Position numbers and translations under genes: made by a program
Shown: one piece after another, positions 30,865-40,737 of the stretch
How the letters are laid out: each line of letters starts with the position of its first letter
Position numbering within the stretch: position 1 is the first letter of the stretch
From: Actinomycetota bacterium
GTDB taxonomy: Bacteria; Actinomycetota; Actinomycetes; Nanopelagicales; Nanopelagicaceae
DNA: 42,338 nucleotides
Reading direction: 5' to 3'
Assembly (NCBI GenBank): GCA_041179685.1
Contig: JBEGSV010000023.1
Coordinates: 1 to 42,338 of the forward strand
The notes under the pieces: model-generated
The model's input: the letters and a program-made list of their open reading frames with translations, nothing else
What the model was told of the DNA's origin: nothing
Databases searched by the model: none

Positions 30865-32655
30865 CTACTCCTTTGTATAGAGCGCAGTGATTGTCTCTGC
30901 GTACTGCTGTGCTACGACATGGCGCTTCACAGAGAGTTTTGCAGTGAGCTGACCACCTGCGATCGAGAAGTCCTCTGCAAGGATTGCAAATTTGCGAATC
31001 GATTCTGCCTTTGAAACAGCCTTATTGGCTTCATCGACGGCGGTCTGGATAACTGCATGGAGATCAGGGTCATTGACCAAAGTTGCAACAGTTGCACCGG
31101 TCTTATTGTTTGCTGCGATCCACCCCTTAATCATGTCAGGATCAATTGTGATCAACGCTGCAATAAATGGCTGGTTATCTCCAACAACCATGCACTGGCT
31201 TACGAGTGGATGCGCACGAAGACGATCTTCGAGAACGGCAGGTGCAACGTTCTTTCCACCTGCGGTCACGATGAGCTCTTTCTTTCGACCTGTGATGTAA
31301 AGGAAGCCTTGATCATCGAGGCGACCTAAATCTCCTGATTTAAACCAGTGGCCGTCAAATACCTCTTGGTTAGCGGCATCGTTCTGCCAGTAACCGCGCA
31401 TCACAATTGGTCCACCAATAAGAACTTCACCATCTTCTGCAATCTTGACAGATGTTCCAGGGATTGGCTTACCGACTGAACCGACGCGAAGGGCGGTGCT
31501 GAGATTGAGCGTTGCGCCTGCTGTTGTCTCCGTTAATCCATAACCTTCAAGGATTGTGATTCCGGCTCCGCGGTAGAAGTGGCCGAGGCGGGCTCCAAGT
31601 GGCGCGCCACCTGAGATTGCAGCTTCAACGCGTCCGCCGAGTGTGTGGCGAATCTTTGAGTAGAGAAGAACATCGAAGAGCTTATGCTTCAAAGCAAGTG
31701 CTGGCTTGAACTTCTTTGCATCAATATTCTCTGAGTAAGCGATTGCAATCTCAGCGCCCTTACGGAAAATCTTGCCCTTACCTGCAGCTTCAGCCTTAGC
31801 CTCTGCACCGTTATAGACCTTCTCAAAGATTCGAGGAACAGCAAGTACGAATGTCGGCTTAAATGATGCGAGATCCGGAAGTAGGCGAGCCTGAACATCT
31901 GCGCAATGCGCTAGATGAAGTCCGGCCGAGATTGCACCGATCTGCACCATACGACCGAAGACGTGAGCAACTGGAAGGAAGAGCAGCGTTGATCCACCAG
32001 GCTTGAGGAAGAGATCTGCTGCGCCCTGTACAACATTTCCGCACTCGGCGAGGAAGTTTCCATGAGTGAGTTGAACGCCCTTTGGCTTTCCTGTTGTTCC
32101 TGATGTGTAAATCAAGGTTGCAAGTGAGTCAGGAGAGAGAGTCTTACGACGGTTATCAATTTCTCCATCAGAGATGTGAGCACCTGCGTTACGTAGTACA
32201 TCGAGTACATCTTCAGTCATAGTCCAGATATGGCGTGTATGAGATGGAAGAACCGGGGTCACTAGCTCGCGAAGAGCAGGTGTTTCGACGATGAGTGCAA
32301 CTGCGCCAGAGTCATTGAGAATCCAATCAACCTGCTCTGGTGATGAAGTTTCGTAGATTGGAACAACAATCGCTCCAGCAAACCATGATGCGAAATCAAG
32401 AATGGTCCACTCGTATCGAGTGCGAGCCATGATTGCGACTCGATCCCCAGCTTGAACGCCAGCTGCTATCAGGCCCTTGGCTGCTGCACGGATATCACTT
32501 TCAACTTCGCGAGCGGTCAACTGTTGCCAGCCATCACCCAGTGGGCGAGACATGGTGATGCGCTCTGGCTCGAACCAGGCGCGCTCAGCGATGAGGTTGG
32601 TGAGGTTGCCTTCAGTTGCCGCAGGGACGAGGGCTGGGATAGTGATTTCATTCAT
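30865..32655 (-). CDS. fadD: Long-chain fatty acid-CoA ligase (FadD15-like)
   Basis: YTSGTTGKPKG, EGYGLTE, SGDLG, GRKKELIVTAGGKNV. Confidence 0.92.
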   Translation of the reverse strand: MNEITIPALVPAATEGNLTNLIAERAWFEPERITMSRPLGDGWQQLTAREVESDIRAAAKGLIAAGVQAGDRVAIMARTRYEWTILDFASWFAGAIVVPIYETSSPEQVDWILNDSGAVALIVETPALRELVTPVLPSHTRHIWTMTEDVLDVLRNAGAHISDGEIDNRRKTLSPDSLATLIYTSGTTGKPKGVQLTHGNFLAECGNVVQGAADLFLKPGGSTLLFLPVAHVFGRMVQIGAISAGLHLAHCADVQARLLPDLASFKPTFVLAVPRIFEKVYNGAEAKAEAAGKGKIFRKGAEIAIAYSENIDAKKFKPALALKHKLFDVLLYSKIRHTLGGRVEAAISGGAPLGARLGHFYRGAGITILEGYGLTETTAGATLNLSTALRVGSVGKPIPGTSVKIAEDGEVLIGGPIVMRGYWQNDAANQEVFDGHWFKSGDLGRLDDQGFLYITGRKKELIVTAGGKNVAPAVLEDRLRAHPLVSQCMVVGDNQPFIAALITIDPDMIKGWIAANNKTGATVATLVNDPDLHAVIQTAVDEANKAVSKAESIRKFAILAEDFSIAGGQLTAKLSVKRHVVAQQYAETITALYTKE

Positions 32656-32712
32656 GGCGCTAACGCTAGCGGGAGGAGGTATAAAAAGGAAAGGGTTGAT
32701 AGCCTTCGTGTC

Positions 32713-33147
32713 ATGTCAGAATCCAGCACATCCTCAATTGAAGTTGAAGCCCCACTCGCAGAGGTGGCGGCCAAGTTATCGGCAATAGCCAGTTATCCAG
32801 AATGGCTCACCTCTATTAAGAAGGTGGAGGTCACAGAGAGCGACCCTGAAGGCCGTGCAACTAAGGCCGATGTCTCTATCGACGCCGGTGTCATGAAGGA
32901 CCGTGCAACGCTCTCCTATGACTGGAGCAAAGCTCCTGCTGAGATTTCATTCTCCCTAGATGATGCAGATCTGATGACCACAATGGATGGCAAGTACACC
33001 CTCAAGGCGATTGATGAGGATACAACGCTCGTTACCTACGAACTCGGAGTCGAGCTCTCATTGCCAGTTCCACGAATGATGATCGCAAAGACTGAGAAGA
33101 CGACAATCGATCAGGCGCTTAAAGAGCTGCAGGCTCAGTTCGAATAA
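32713..33147 (+). CDS. SRPBCC (cyclase/dehydrase-like) protein
   Basis: SSIEVEAP...YPEW...MDGKYTL...VTYEL; start at ATG 32713 behind TAGCCT -10. Confidence 0.8.
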   Translation: MSESSTSSIEVEAPLAEVAAKLSAIASYPEWLTSIKKVEVTESDPEGRATKADVSIDAGVMKDRATLSYDWSKAPAEISFSLDDADLMTTMDGKYTLKAIDEDTTLVTYELGVELSLPVPRMMIAKTEKTTIDQALKELQAQFE

Positions 33148-34091
33148 TGTCGTACACAATCGGGATTGATGTCGGTGGAACGAAAGTTCTTGGCGGAGTT
33201 GTCACAGAAGATGGCAAGGTCCTCAAAACTTCTCGTAGAGATACTCCTCGTGAAGGTGGAAGCGCTCTCACGCAAACCATCGCCGATGTCGCTCTCGAAC
33301 TTGCGGCAGAATTTCCAGTAACAGCGGTAGGACTTTCTGCTGCGGGATTTGTTTCATCAGATCGTAAGACAATGCTGGCAACGCCAAATATCGCAGGTTG
33401 GAACGGCGTCCAGCTTGATGCAGAACTTACTGCGCTTATTAATCTTCCTGTTGTTCTCGAAAATGATGCCAATGCTGCGGCATGGGGCGAAAGAACATTC
33501 GGCGCAGGTCAAGGTAAAGAGAATATGTTGATGGTAACTGTCGGCACTGGTGTCGGTGGTGGAATTATCGTTAATGGAAAATTGCTTCGTGGCGCATTCG
33601 GAGTTGCTGCAGAGATCGGACACCTTCGCGTTCTTCCAGAAGGCCATCTCTGCGGGTGCGGAGCTCGAGGATGTTTTGAGCAATACGCATCAGGTAACGC
33701 ACTATTAAGACATGCACGTGAAGCGATTGCGGCAAGTCCAGATTTAGCTCGCAACCTTCTCTCACGTGGGGATGGAACTCTGGAGGGACTCACTGGGCGA
33801 GCGATTACCGATGCTGCCCGAGATGGAGATCAAGTAGCAATCTCGGCCTTCAATACCACTGCACAATGGTTGGGTGCAGGAATTGCATCTCTATCAGTCA
33901 TTCTCGATCCTGAATGCGTTGTTATCGGAGGGGGTGTTGTTGATGCAGGGGAGATTCTCTTAGCACCGACTCGTATCGCGATGGAGCGCTACATGCCATT
34001 TGCTGGAAAGCACCCATACCCAGAGATCATCGCGGCAACACTCGGTAATGAAGCAGGTCTTGTAGGCGTTGCAGATTTAGCTCGCGCCTAA
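33147..34091 (+). CDS. glk: ROK-family glucokinase
   Basis: GIDVGGTK, ENDANAAAWGE, GTGVGGG, EIGH, CGCGARGCFE. Confidence 0.92.
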   Translation: MSYTIGIDVGGTKVLGGVVTEDGKVLKTSRRDTPREGGSALTQTIADVALELAAEFPVTAVGLSAAGFVSSDRKTMLATPNIAGWNGVQLDAELTALINLPVVLENDANAAAWGERTFGAGQGKENMLMVTVGTGVGGGIIVNGKLLRGAFGVAAEIGHLRVLPEGHLCGCGARGCFEQYASGNALLRHAREAIAASPDLARNLLSRGDGTLEGLTGRAITDAARDGDQVAISAFNTTAQWLGAGIASLSVILDPECVVIGGGVVDAGEILLAPTRIAMERYMPFAGKHPYPEIIAATLGNEAGLVGVADLARA

Positions 34092-34102
34092 TTCGAAGCA
34101 AT

Positions 34103-35080
34103 CTATTCTTGCGGGTACTTCACGCCAATCTGATGGCGGATCGAATCCATGATTTCCATCAGTTCAATTGAACCTTGATGAGTCATAAGCGGTGACTCAA
34201 TTTCTCCGCTCCGGATTACCCGTGCAAATTCAGCCGCCTCTTCGCGAAGCCCAATACCTTGGTAGAGATTTGGGTATTCGGTGGTTACGCCATCTCGAGT
34301 GATCACCCGAAATGATGTGGGTGCATAGAAAGATCCATCAATTTCGATGCGCGCACGATCTCCAGCAATCATGGCGCTGACACTTCCACGTGATGCCATG
34401 GTGCATGAAAGAAGAGCGTGTGCTCCGGTGGAGTAACGAAGAAGCATCGAAGTATTGAGATCCACACCTTGTTCAGTCAACGTTGCCTCTGCATGTATTG
34501 AAGAGGGCATACCGAGGACGAGATGCGCCAGAGTAAGTGGATAAATTCCGAGATCCAATAGCGCGCCGCCACCGAGTGCGGGCTCCCAGAGACGCGGTGC
34601 GCGTTCAAAGGGAATGTATTGTCCGTGATCTGCAGCGATGCTAGTGATTTCACCCAATTCACCTTCGGAGATTATCGAACTAATTTTCTGAAGGTGCGGC
34701 AAGAAGCGGCTCCACATCGCCTCCATCAAAGGAATTTTGTTATCTCGAGAATATGAAACAAGCGAACGTGCTTGCTGAGCATTGAGGGTAAATGCCTTTT
34801 CGCAGAGCACTGGTTTGCCAGCTTGCATCGCAAGGAGTGTATTTTCATAGTGCATGGGGTGGGGAGTAGCCACGTACACCGCATCGGCATCTACCTCGAT
34901 AAGTTCTTCATAACTTCCATATGGGGTAACTCCTGGAAATTGTGCAGCGAAATCTTCTGCGGTCTCGATGTTGCGAGAACCAACAGCTACTACTTCATGG
35001 TCTTCAAGGCGCTTGAGATCTTCGGTAAATGCACGAGCTATTCCACCTGTGCCAATTATTGCCCAACGAAAAGTACTCAT
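34103..35080 (-). CDS. Gfo/Idh/MocA-family oxidoreductase
   Basis: WAIIGTGGIA, YVATPH, LCEK, GGGALLDLGIY; ATG 35080 overlaps the upstream stop. Confidence 0.9.
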   Translation of the reverse strand: MSTFRWAIIGTGGIARAFTEDLKRLEDHEVVAVGSRNIETAEDFAAQFPGVTPYGSYEELIEVDADAVYVATPHPMHYENTLLAMQAGKPVLCEKAFTLNAQQARSLVSYSRDNKIPLMEAMWSRFLPHLQKISSIISEGELGEITSIAADHGQYIPFERAPRLWEPALGGGALLDLGIYPLTLAHLVLGMPSSIHAEATLTEQGVDLNTSMLLRYSTGAHALLSCTMASRGSVSAMIAGDRARIEIDGSFYAPTSFRVITRDGVTTEYPNLYQGIGLREEAAEFARVIRSGEIESPLMTHQGSIELMEIMDSIRHQIGVKYPQE

Positions 35081-35367
35081 ACGATTGCGCCATCGTCTCC
35101 ACTTGAGTGGGGACGATTCCACCAGCGTTTTACGGATTCGATCAGATGAAGAATCGTTCCATGGAGACCGCGCTTGACTCTAGGTGGAATATAAATCTCT
35201 GCGGATTCGCTCTTTTCAATCTCTTCTAATTCATCGAGATAGGTACGCGGTGAGGATTGATCTAGATTAAGCCCTGAGACCATTGCATCAAATTCGGCAT
35301 TGATCAGCTCTTGCTCATCGTCAGAGCCGCTCTTTGAATTATTAGGGCCAGACTCACGGGGCGTCAT
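35077..35367 (-). CDS. Small hypothetical protein (96 aa)
   Basis: Fills the gap, ATGA-coupled to the oxidoreductase; acidic N-terminus, ends GDDGAIV. Confidence 0.65.
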   Translation of the reverse strand: MTPRESGPNNSKSGSDDEQELINAEFDAMVSGLNLDQSSPRTYLDELEEIEKSESAEIYIPPRVKRGLHGTILHLIESVKRWWNRPHSSGDDGAIV

Positions 35368-35455
35368 ACTGGAATACTTTCACATAAGTACCGAGAAAGG
35401 TCAGAAAATTACGCATATATTCGCCTGAGCAGGAACCTTGTAATAGATTGTGGCC

Positions 35456-36148
35456 ATGAACAACCTGCCATACGGCACCTTGCGAGCCTTCTTGACTCCA
35501 TTCTTGATGCTCCTCTTCCGCCCCAAGGTAAAAGGTCTTCGCAATGTTCCGGCCACCGGTCCGGTTATCATCGCTTCAAACCACCTCTCATTTAGCGATT
35601 CGATTTTCATGCCTTTGGTGGTTCCACGAAAGGTGACATTTCTAGCCAAGAGTGAGTACTTCACCAGCCCCGGCCCAAAGGGCTTTATCAAGAAACTCAC
35701 CTTCATCGCGCTAGGACAGGTGCCGGTCGATCGCTCTGGTGGTCGCCGCAGCGAGGCAGCTTTGATTACTGGTTTGCAGGTTTTGGCAGATGGAAAATGT
35801 CTCGGTATCTATCCTGAAGGAACACGATCACCAGATGGTCGCCTCTACAAGGCGCGCACTGGTATCGCACGCCTTGCAATCGAATCAGGTGCTCCAGTTA
35901 TTCCCGTTGCAATGTTTAATACCGACAAAATTCAACCTACCGGAACTGTTGTGCCTAAGGTAAAACGCGTAGGGATGACATTTGGCGAGCCAATGTACTT
36001 TGAGGGCGATTCACGTGATGCTCTCTTCTTACGTGAATGTGCCGATGCAATCATGAAGCGCATCCAGCAGATGTCAGGTCAAGAGTATGTCGATACCTAT
36101 GCCGTTAAAGGCGCAAAGCCAAGCGCTGAAGAGGATGAGAAGAACTAG
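35456..36148 (+). CDS. plsC: 1-acyl-sn-glycerol-3-phosphate acyltransferase
   Basis: NHLSFSD, FLAKSEYF, YPEGTRS; ATG 35456 lies 6 nt after TAGATT. Confidence 0.9.
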   Translation: MNNLPYGTLRAFLTPFLMLLFRPKVKGLRNVPATGPVIIASNHLSFSDSIFMPLVVPRKVTFLAKSEYFTSPGPKGFIKKLTFIALGQVPVDRSGGRRSEAALITGLQVLADGKCLGIYPEGTRSPDGRLYKARTGIARLAIESGAPVIPVAMFNTDKIQPTGTVVPKVKRVGMTFGEPMYFEGDSRDALFLRECADAIMKRIQQMSGQEYVDTYAVKGAKPSAEEDEKN

Positions 36149-36840
36149 CCTTCAAGCTTGAGGCGACCATCAAGGAAATTGCAGGCATGGCAATTCTCAC
36201 CAGCTGCCGGTTCATCCCCATCAATGACGGTAATGAACTCCTCAAGGAGCGCTGCTAATCGAGCAGGATCTCGTTCGACTGGAAGATAGACTTGATTTAC
36301 GCCAAAGCCCATTTCATTAGAGACAAACTCATTTGGTCGAGTCTCTGCAACGCCTGCGAGCTTCCAGATCAAAAGCCCCATCGTCTTCACTGGAAAGGCC
36401 TTGCCGCTTAAGGGATTCTCAAGGGTGTAGGCATATGCCTCTAATTGCGGGGCGTAGAAGTCACCGCTATCGCGTTCGGAATCCGAGACTTTGCAATCGA
36501 TGATTCCTACTGAGCCATCATCGTAATGACCCAAGAGGTCATAGATACCGCGTAGCTTCCATTGGCTTTCGAGGCCGTTGATAACAATGTTCTTTGACTT
36601 CACCCACTGACCCCATTGCTTCACTGTTCCTGCAGGAAGTGAAGGGTCAAGTGCAGGCATCGGGGCACGGCGAAAGTGCTCTTCTTGGAATGTTGAGAGG
36701 CTCTTTACGAGTGGGAAATCTTTCTTGAGCTCGAACGAGAACCAATACTTAATCCAGATACAACGCTTACAGGTTGAGAATCCAAAGGTGAGATCGGATG
36801 GAGCAATGAATTCGCGGGCCGGAGTCGATGGTTTCTTCAT
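36145..36840 (-). CDS. PD-(D/E)XK nuclease, Cas4/RecB-like, stand-alone
   Basis: PS..CKRC, GIYDLL, IIDCK, QLEAY, CHAC. Confidence 0.75.
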   Translation of the reverse strand: MKKPSTPAREFIAPSDLTFGFSTCKRCIWIKYWFSFELKKDFPLVKSLSTFQEEHFRRAPMPALDPSLPAGTVKQWGQWVKSKNIVINGLESQWKLRGIYDLLGHYDDGSVGIIDCKVSDSERDSGDFYAPQLEAYAYTLENPLSGKAFPVKTMGLLIWKLAGVAETRPNEFVSNEMGFGVNQVYLPVERDPARLAALLEEFITVIDGDEPAAGENCHACNFLDGRLKLEG

Positions 36841-36855
36841 GCGCTGATTCTCTCG

Positions 36856-37497
36856 CTAGCCACCGACAATTGCGGAGTACAACACAGCTATACCGAGGAC
36901 GATCATGATTGTGCCGCCGAAAGCACGTAACTTCTCAAGTCTCTGATTGCTCGAAGCCAACCATGTTCGCGCATATCCGGCGAGCAATCCCCACGCTCCA
37001 TCCGAAAAGAAGGCAAGAACGCAGAAGGTGAGGCCGAGAAAGAGGAGTTGCTTGGTCACATCGCCACCATCAATATCAACAAATTGAGGAAGGACTGCGG
37101 CAAAGAAAACAATCGCCTTTGGGTTGAGAACTCCGACCCAGAATCCGTCGCGGATAGAAGAGAGGGGAGTCGGGCCCACTGGGCCTTGGTTGGCCATATC
37201 TGATGCATGAACCGCTCTCTTTCGGATCGCATCGATGCCGAGATGAATTAAGTAGAGTCCGCCGCCCCATTGAACCGCGACATATGCAACCTCATACCTT
37301 TGCAGGATTGGTCCGATACCGAGCGCTACTAAAGAGGAGAGAACAAAAGATCCTGAAACATTTCCAAGGACGGTGAGAACCGCGGTTGCACGCCCCCATG
37401 CGATAGCCCTGGCTATAACAAAGAGAACGCTAGGCCCTGGAGCGAGGATGATAATCATCGCCGCGACGAGGTACTCCGGATAACGTGTTGGAATCAC
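36856..37497 (-). CDS. LysE/RhtB-family amino acid exporter
   Basis: APGPSV, GGLYLIHLG, GFWVGVLNPKAIVFF. Confidence 0.9.
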   Translation of the reverse strand: MIPTRYPEYLVAAMIIILAPGPSVLFVIARAIAWGRATAVLTVLGNVSGSFVLSSLVALGIGPILQRYEVAYVAVQWGGGLYLIHLGIDAIRKRAVHASDMANQGPVGPTPLSSIRDGFWVGVLNPKAIVFFAAVLPQFVDIDGGDVTKQLLFLGLTFCVLAFFSDGAWGLLAGYARTWLASSNQRLEKLRAFGGTIMIVLGIAVLYSAIVGG

Positions 37498-37533
37498 TCG
37501 CAGAGCCTAGCGTTCACTGTGCTTTTTACTGAA

Positions 37534-38790
37534 TTACTTGCGGAGCTTTGATGCCACGTTAAGGATCTGGTAGCCAACCACCGCAACGAGAGTTGCATTG
37601 ATGATTCCGTTAAATGTGTACTGACCCTTAGTCCATGAAATATCAGCAATTCCAATGATGATTGCTGTTGCTGCGATGATGAGGTTATTTGAATCAGAGA
37701 AATCAACCTTTGATTCAATCCAAATACGCGCACCAAGAATTCCGATCATTCCAAAGAGAGCAACTGCAACGCCACCAAGAGCTCCTACAGGTGTTGCGCT
37801 GAGGACCGCACCGAACTTAGGTGAGAGGCCAAGAAGTATCGCGCCAGCACCAGCAATCCAATATGCCGCAGTTGAATAGACACGTGTTGCTGCCATTACA
37901 CCGATGTTCTCAGCGTATGTGGTTGTTCCAGAACCGCCACCAGCTCCAGCCAGTGTCGTAGCTACGCCATCCGCGAAGAGAGCGCTGCCCATCTGATCAT
38001 CAAGATCCTTACCTGTCATTGCAGCAACTGCCTTGACATGGCCGACGTTCTCAGCGATAAGCACGAGCACAACCGGCAAGAAGAGAATCATGATGTTGAA
38101 CTTGAAAGATGGCGCTGTAAATGTTGGAACTGCGAACCAAGCTGCAGATTCGATTTCTTCGGTCTTCACATTGCCTTGAATCAAAGCAACTACATAGCCG
38201 ATGACAATTCCAGCAAAGATGCTGATTCGCCCAAGGAAGCCCTTTGAGATTGCGCTAATGAGTGCAATGGATGAGAGCGTGATAATTCCAAGGAGAGGAT
38301 CTTGAACAAAGTTACCCTTTGCGGCACCTGCGAGGTTGAAACCAATTACGATAACGATTGTTCCAGTAACAACTGGCGGCAGGATTGCGTTGATCCAATT
38401 GATACCTGCAGCCTTGACTACGAGGCCAACGAGAGCAAGAACAACACCGGTAAAGACAATTCCACCAAGCGCGCCGGCCATACCTGCTGATTTATCTGCC
38501 ATCGCTGCACCTATTGGTCCGAGGAAGGCAAAAGATGATCCAAGGTAACTTGGAACACGATTCTTTGTAATGAGGAGGAAGAGGATGGTGCCGATTCCTG
38601 AGAAGAAGAGGGTTGTTGTAGGTGGGAATCCGGTGATAATCGGAACGAGGAATGTTGCACCAAACATGGCGGCAATATGTTGAAGACCTACGCCGATTGT
38701 GCGAGGCCAGGTAAGGCGCTCATCTGTAGAGACGACATCGCCTGCGGCGATCGACTTTCCATCTCCATGGAGCTTCCAGGTAAGGGACAT
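37534..38790 (-). CDS. NCS2 uracil/xanthine permease
   Basis: GLQHIAAMFGAT, PSYLGSSFAF, TTTYAENIG; SD GAAAGG before ATG 38790. Confidence 0.92.
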   Translation of the reverse strand: MSLTWKLHGDGKSIAAGDVVSTDERLTWPRTIGVGLQHIAAMFGATFLVPIITGFPPTTTLFFSGIGTILFLLITKNRVPSYLGSSFAFLGPIGAAMADKSAGMAGALGGIVFTGVVLALVGLVVKAAGINWINAILPPVVTGTIVIVIGFNLAGAAKGNFVQDPLLGIITLSSIALISAISKGFLGRISIFAGIVIGYVVALIQGNVKTEEIESAAWFAVPTFTAPSFKFNIMILFLPVVLVLIAENVGHVKAVAAMTGKDLDDQMGSALFADGVATTLAGAGGGSGTTTYAENIGVMAATRVYSTAAYWIAGAGAILLGLSPKFGAVLSATPVGALGGVAVALFGMIGILGARIWIESKVDFSDSNNLIIAATAIIIGIADISWTKGQYTFNGIINATLVAVVGYQILNVASKLRK

Positions 38791-38951
38791 GTGAAACCTT
38801 TCCAAAAGGGGTGCCAGAGAGGAGTCTCGCTAGCACCGGCAACAAGTGGGGAAGGCGGTTTAAGGGTAGGCGCGAGTGGCCTGCGCCACAGGGAGCGTCG
38901 AGGCGTGTCGTCTTTGCGCTTTCGCTCTATATCAGGTTAACTATCGTCCAG

Positions 38952-38970
38952 ATATATCGAATCGATATAT
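38952..38970. promoter_or_regulatory. Perfect 9-1-9 inverted repeat, probable PadR operator
   Basis: ATATATCGA-A-TCGATATAT, 32 nt upstream of padR. Confidence 0.75.
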
Positions 38971-39002
38971 TTTCCGCTATACCTTAGAGAAGAGAGTCGA
39001 GA

Positions 39003-39539
39003 ATGCGTTCACGCGTGGAATCCTTGGAGTTTGCCCTCCTTGGCCTTCTCGCGCAGGGACCGCTTCATGGCTATGAGCTCCGCAAGCGAATGGTGACCAT
39101 CTTCGGCCCGTTCAAGGCGATCTCATTCTCTGTTCTCTATCCGCAACTTCGCCGAATGCTCCTTGCTGGATCTATCCAGGAGGAAGAAGTCGAGCGGGGG
39201 AGCAAGCGTCCAAGAATTGTCTACGCCATCACCAAAGAGGGAATGGCACGTTTCGAGGCGCTCACCGAGACCGTCAGCGCTGACGCTTGGGAAGATGAAG
39301 GATTTGAAATTCGTTTCGCCTTCTTCAGCCCAACGCCAACAAAGAGCCGGGTTCGGATACTTGAGGGGCGACTACGTCGACTTCAGGAGAAGGCCGAAAT
39401 CCTTCGCGATGAAGTAGAGAAGTCTCCAATTGGAATCGATAAGTACCTTCAAGAGTGGCGCCGCCATTCGCTTGACTCTGCAGACCGCGAAATCGCGTGG
39501 CTGCAGGAAATGATTACGACCGAGAGGAAATCTAAGTGA
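39003..39539 (+). CDS. PadR-family transcriptional regulator
   Basis: LLGLL...PLHGYEL, SVLYPQL, YAITKEG; coupled to ino1. Confidence 0.9.
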   Translation: MRSRVESLEFALLGLLAQGPLHGYELRKRMVTIFGPFKAISFSVLYPQLRRMLLAGSIQEEEVERGSKRPRIVYAITKEGMARFEALTETVSADAWEDEGFEIRFAFFSPTPTKSRVRILEGRLRRLQEKAEILRDEVEKSPIGIDKYLQEWRRHSLDSADREIAWLQEMITTERKSK

Positions 39540-40633
39540 AGATCACAACAGGAGCTGGCGACATTCGCGTTGCCATCGTCGGCGTAGGTAACTGCGCAAA
39601 CTCACTCGTTCAGGGTGTTACTTACTACAAGGATGCAGCAATCGATCAGGAGATTCCTGGCCTCATGCACGCAGTTGTAGGCGGATACCACATCAGCAAC
39701 GTTAAGTTCGTTGCCGCATTTGATGTGGATTCAAAGAAGGTTGGACTTGACCTTGCTGATGCAATTTGGGCATCAGAGAACAACACAATTAAGTTTGCAG
39801 ATGTTGCAAAGACCGGCGTTGAAGTTCAGCGCGGTAAGACTCTTGATGGTCTCGGTAAGTACTACAAGGAGACAATCACAGAATCAACTGCTGCTGAGGT
39901 AGATGTTGTTGCAGCCCTCAAGGCTGAGCAAGTTGATGTTCTCATCTGCTACCTCCCAGTCGGTTCAGAAGAAGCGGCAAAGTTCTATGCAGAGTGTGCA
40001 ATTGCAGCAGGATGTGCATTTGTTAACGCACTTCCAGTCTTTATCGCTTCAGACCCAGTATGGGCAAAGAAGTTCGAAGATGCAGGTCTTCCAATTGTTG
40101 GCGATGACATCAAGTCACAGGTTGGCGCAACAATCACACACCGCATTATGGCTAAGTTGTTCCAGGACCGTGGCGTTCACCTTGACCGCACCTACCAGCT
40201 CAATGTTGGTGGAAATATGGACTTCAAGAACATGCTCGAGCGCGATCGCCTAGAGTCAAAGAAGATCTCTAAGACAAACTCCGTTACATCACAGCTAGAT
40301 CACGATATGGGCGCAAAGAACGTTCACATCGGTCCATCAGATTACATTCCATGGCTCGATGACCGTAAGTGGGCATATGTTCGCCTCGAAGGTCGTGCAT
40401 TCGGTGACGTTCCATTGAACCTTGAATACAAGCTCGAGGTATGGGATTCACCTAACTCAGCTGGTGTGATTATCGATGCACTTCGCTGTGCAAAGATTGG
40501 TCTTGATCGCAAGATTGGTGGAGCGCTTCTCTCACCATCTTCATACTTCATGAAGACTCCACCAGTTCAGTACACAGATGAGCAGGCTCATAACAAGACT
40601 GAGGACTTCATCTCAGGAAAGCTAGATCGCTAA
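39536..40633 (+). CDS. ino1: myo-inositol-1-phosphate synthase
   Basis: [32 protein letters not shown]. Confidence 0.95.
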   Translation: MKITTGAGDIRVAIVGVGNCANSLVQGVTYYKDAAIDQEIPGLMHAVVGGYHISNVKFVAAFDVDSKKVGLDLADAIWASENNTIKFADVAKTGVEVQRGKTLDGLGKYYKETITESTAAEVDVVAALKAEQVDVLICYLPVGSEEAAKFYAECAIAAGCAFVNALPVFIASDPVWAKKFEDAGLPIVGDDIKSQVGATITHRIMAKLFQDRGVHLDRTYQLNVGGNMDFKNMLERDRLESKKISKTNSVTSQLDHDMGAKNVHIGPSDYIPWLDDRKWAYVRLEGRAFGDVPLNLEYKLEVWDSPNSAGVIIDALRCAKIGLDRKIGGALLSPSSYFMKTPPVQYTDEQAHNKTEDFISGKLDR

Positions 40634-40662
40634 ACATTGTTATAGATTCACTTAGATAGAGA

Positions 40663-40700
40663 AAACCCCCGCAGCCATCAGCTGCGGGGGTTTCTTTATT
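40663..40700. terminator. Intrinsic, probably bidirectional terminator
   Basis: AAACCCCCGCAGC-CATCA-GCTGCGGGGGTTT followed by CTTTATT; between convergent genes. Confidence 0.9.
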
Positions 40701-40737
40701 CCCTCAATCCCTCAACGGAGAGTTTGAGAGATGAGGA

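Noticed and set aside
36000-37000. CRISPR-Cas locus around the Cas4-like nuclease
   Set aside because: No repeat-spacer array or cas1/cas2 is visible anywhere in the window; neighbours are plsC and lysE
38811-38825. GTGCCAGAGAGG resembling a PyrR-binding loop
   Set aside because: It lies on the plus strand, opposite to the permease mRNA, and is an imperfect match
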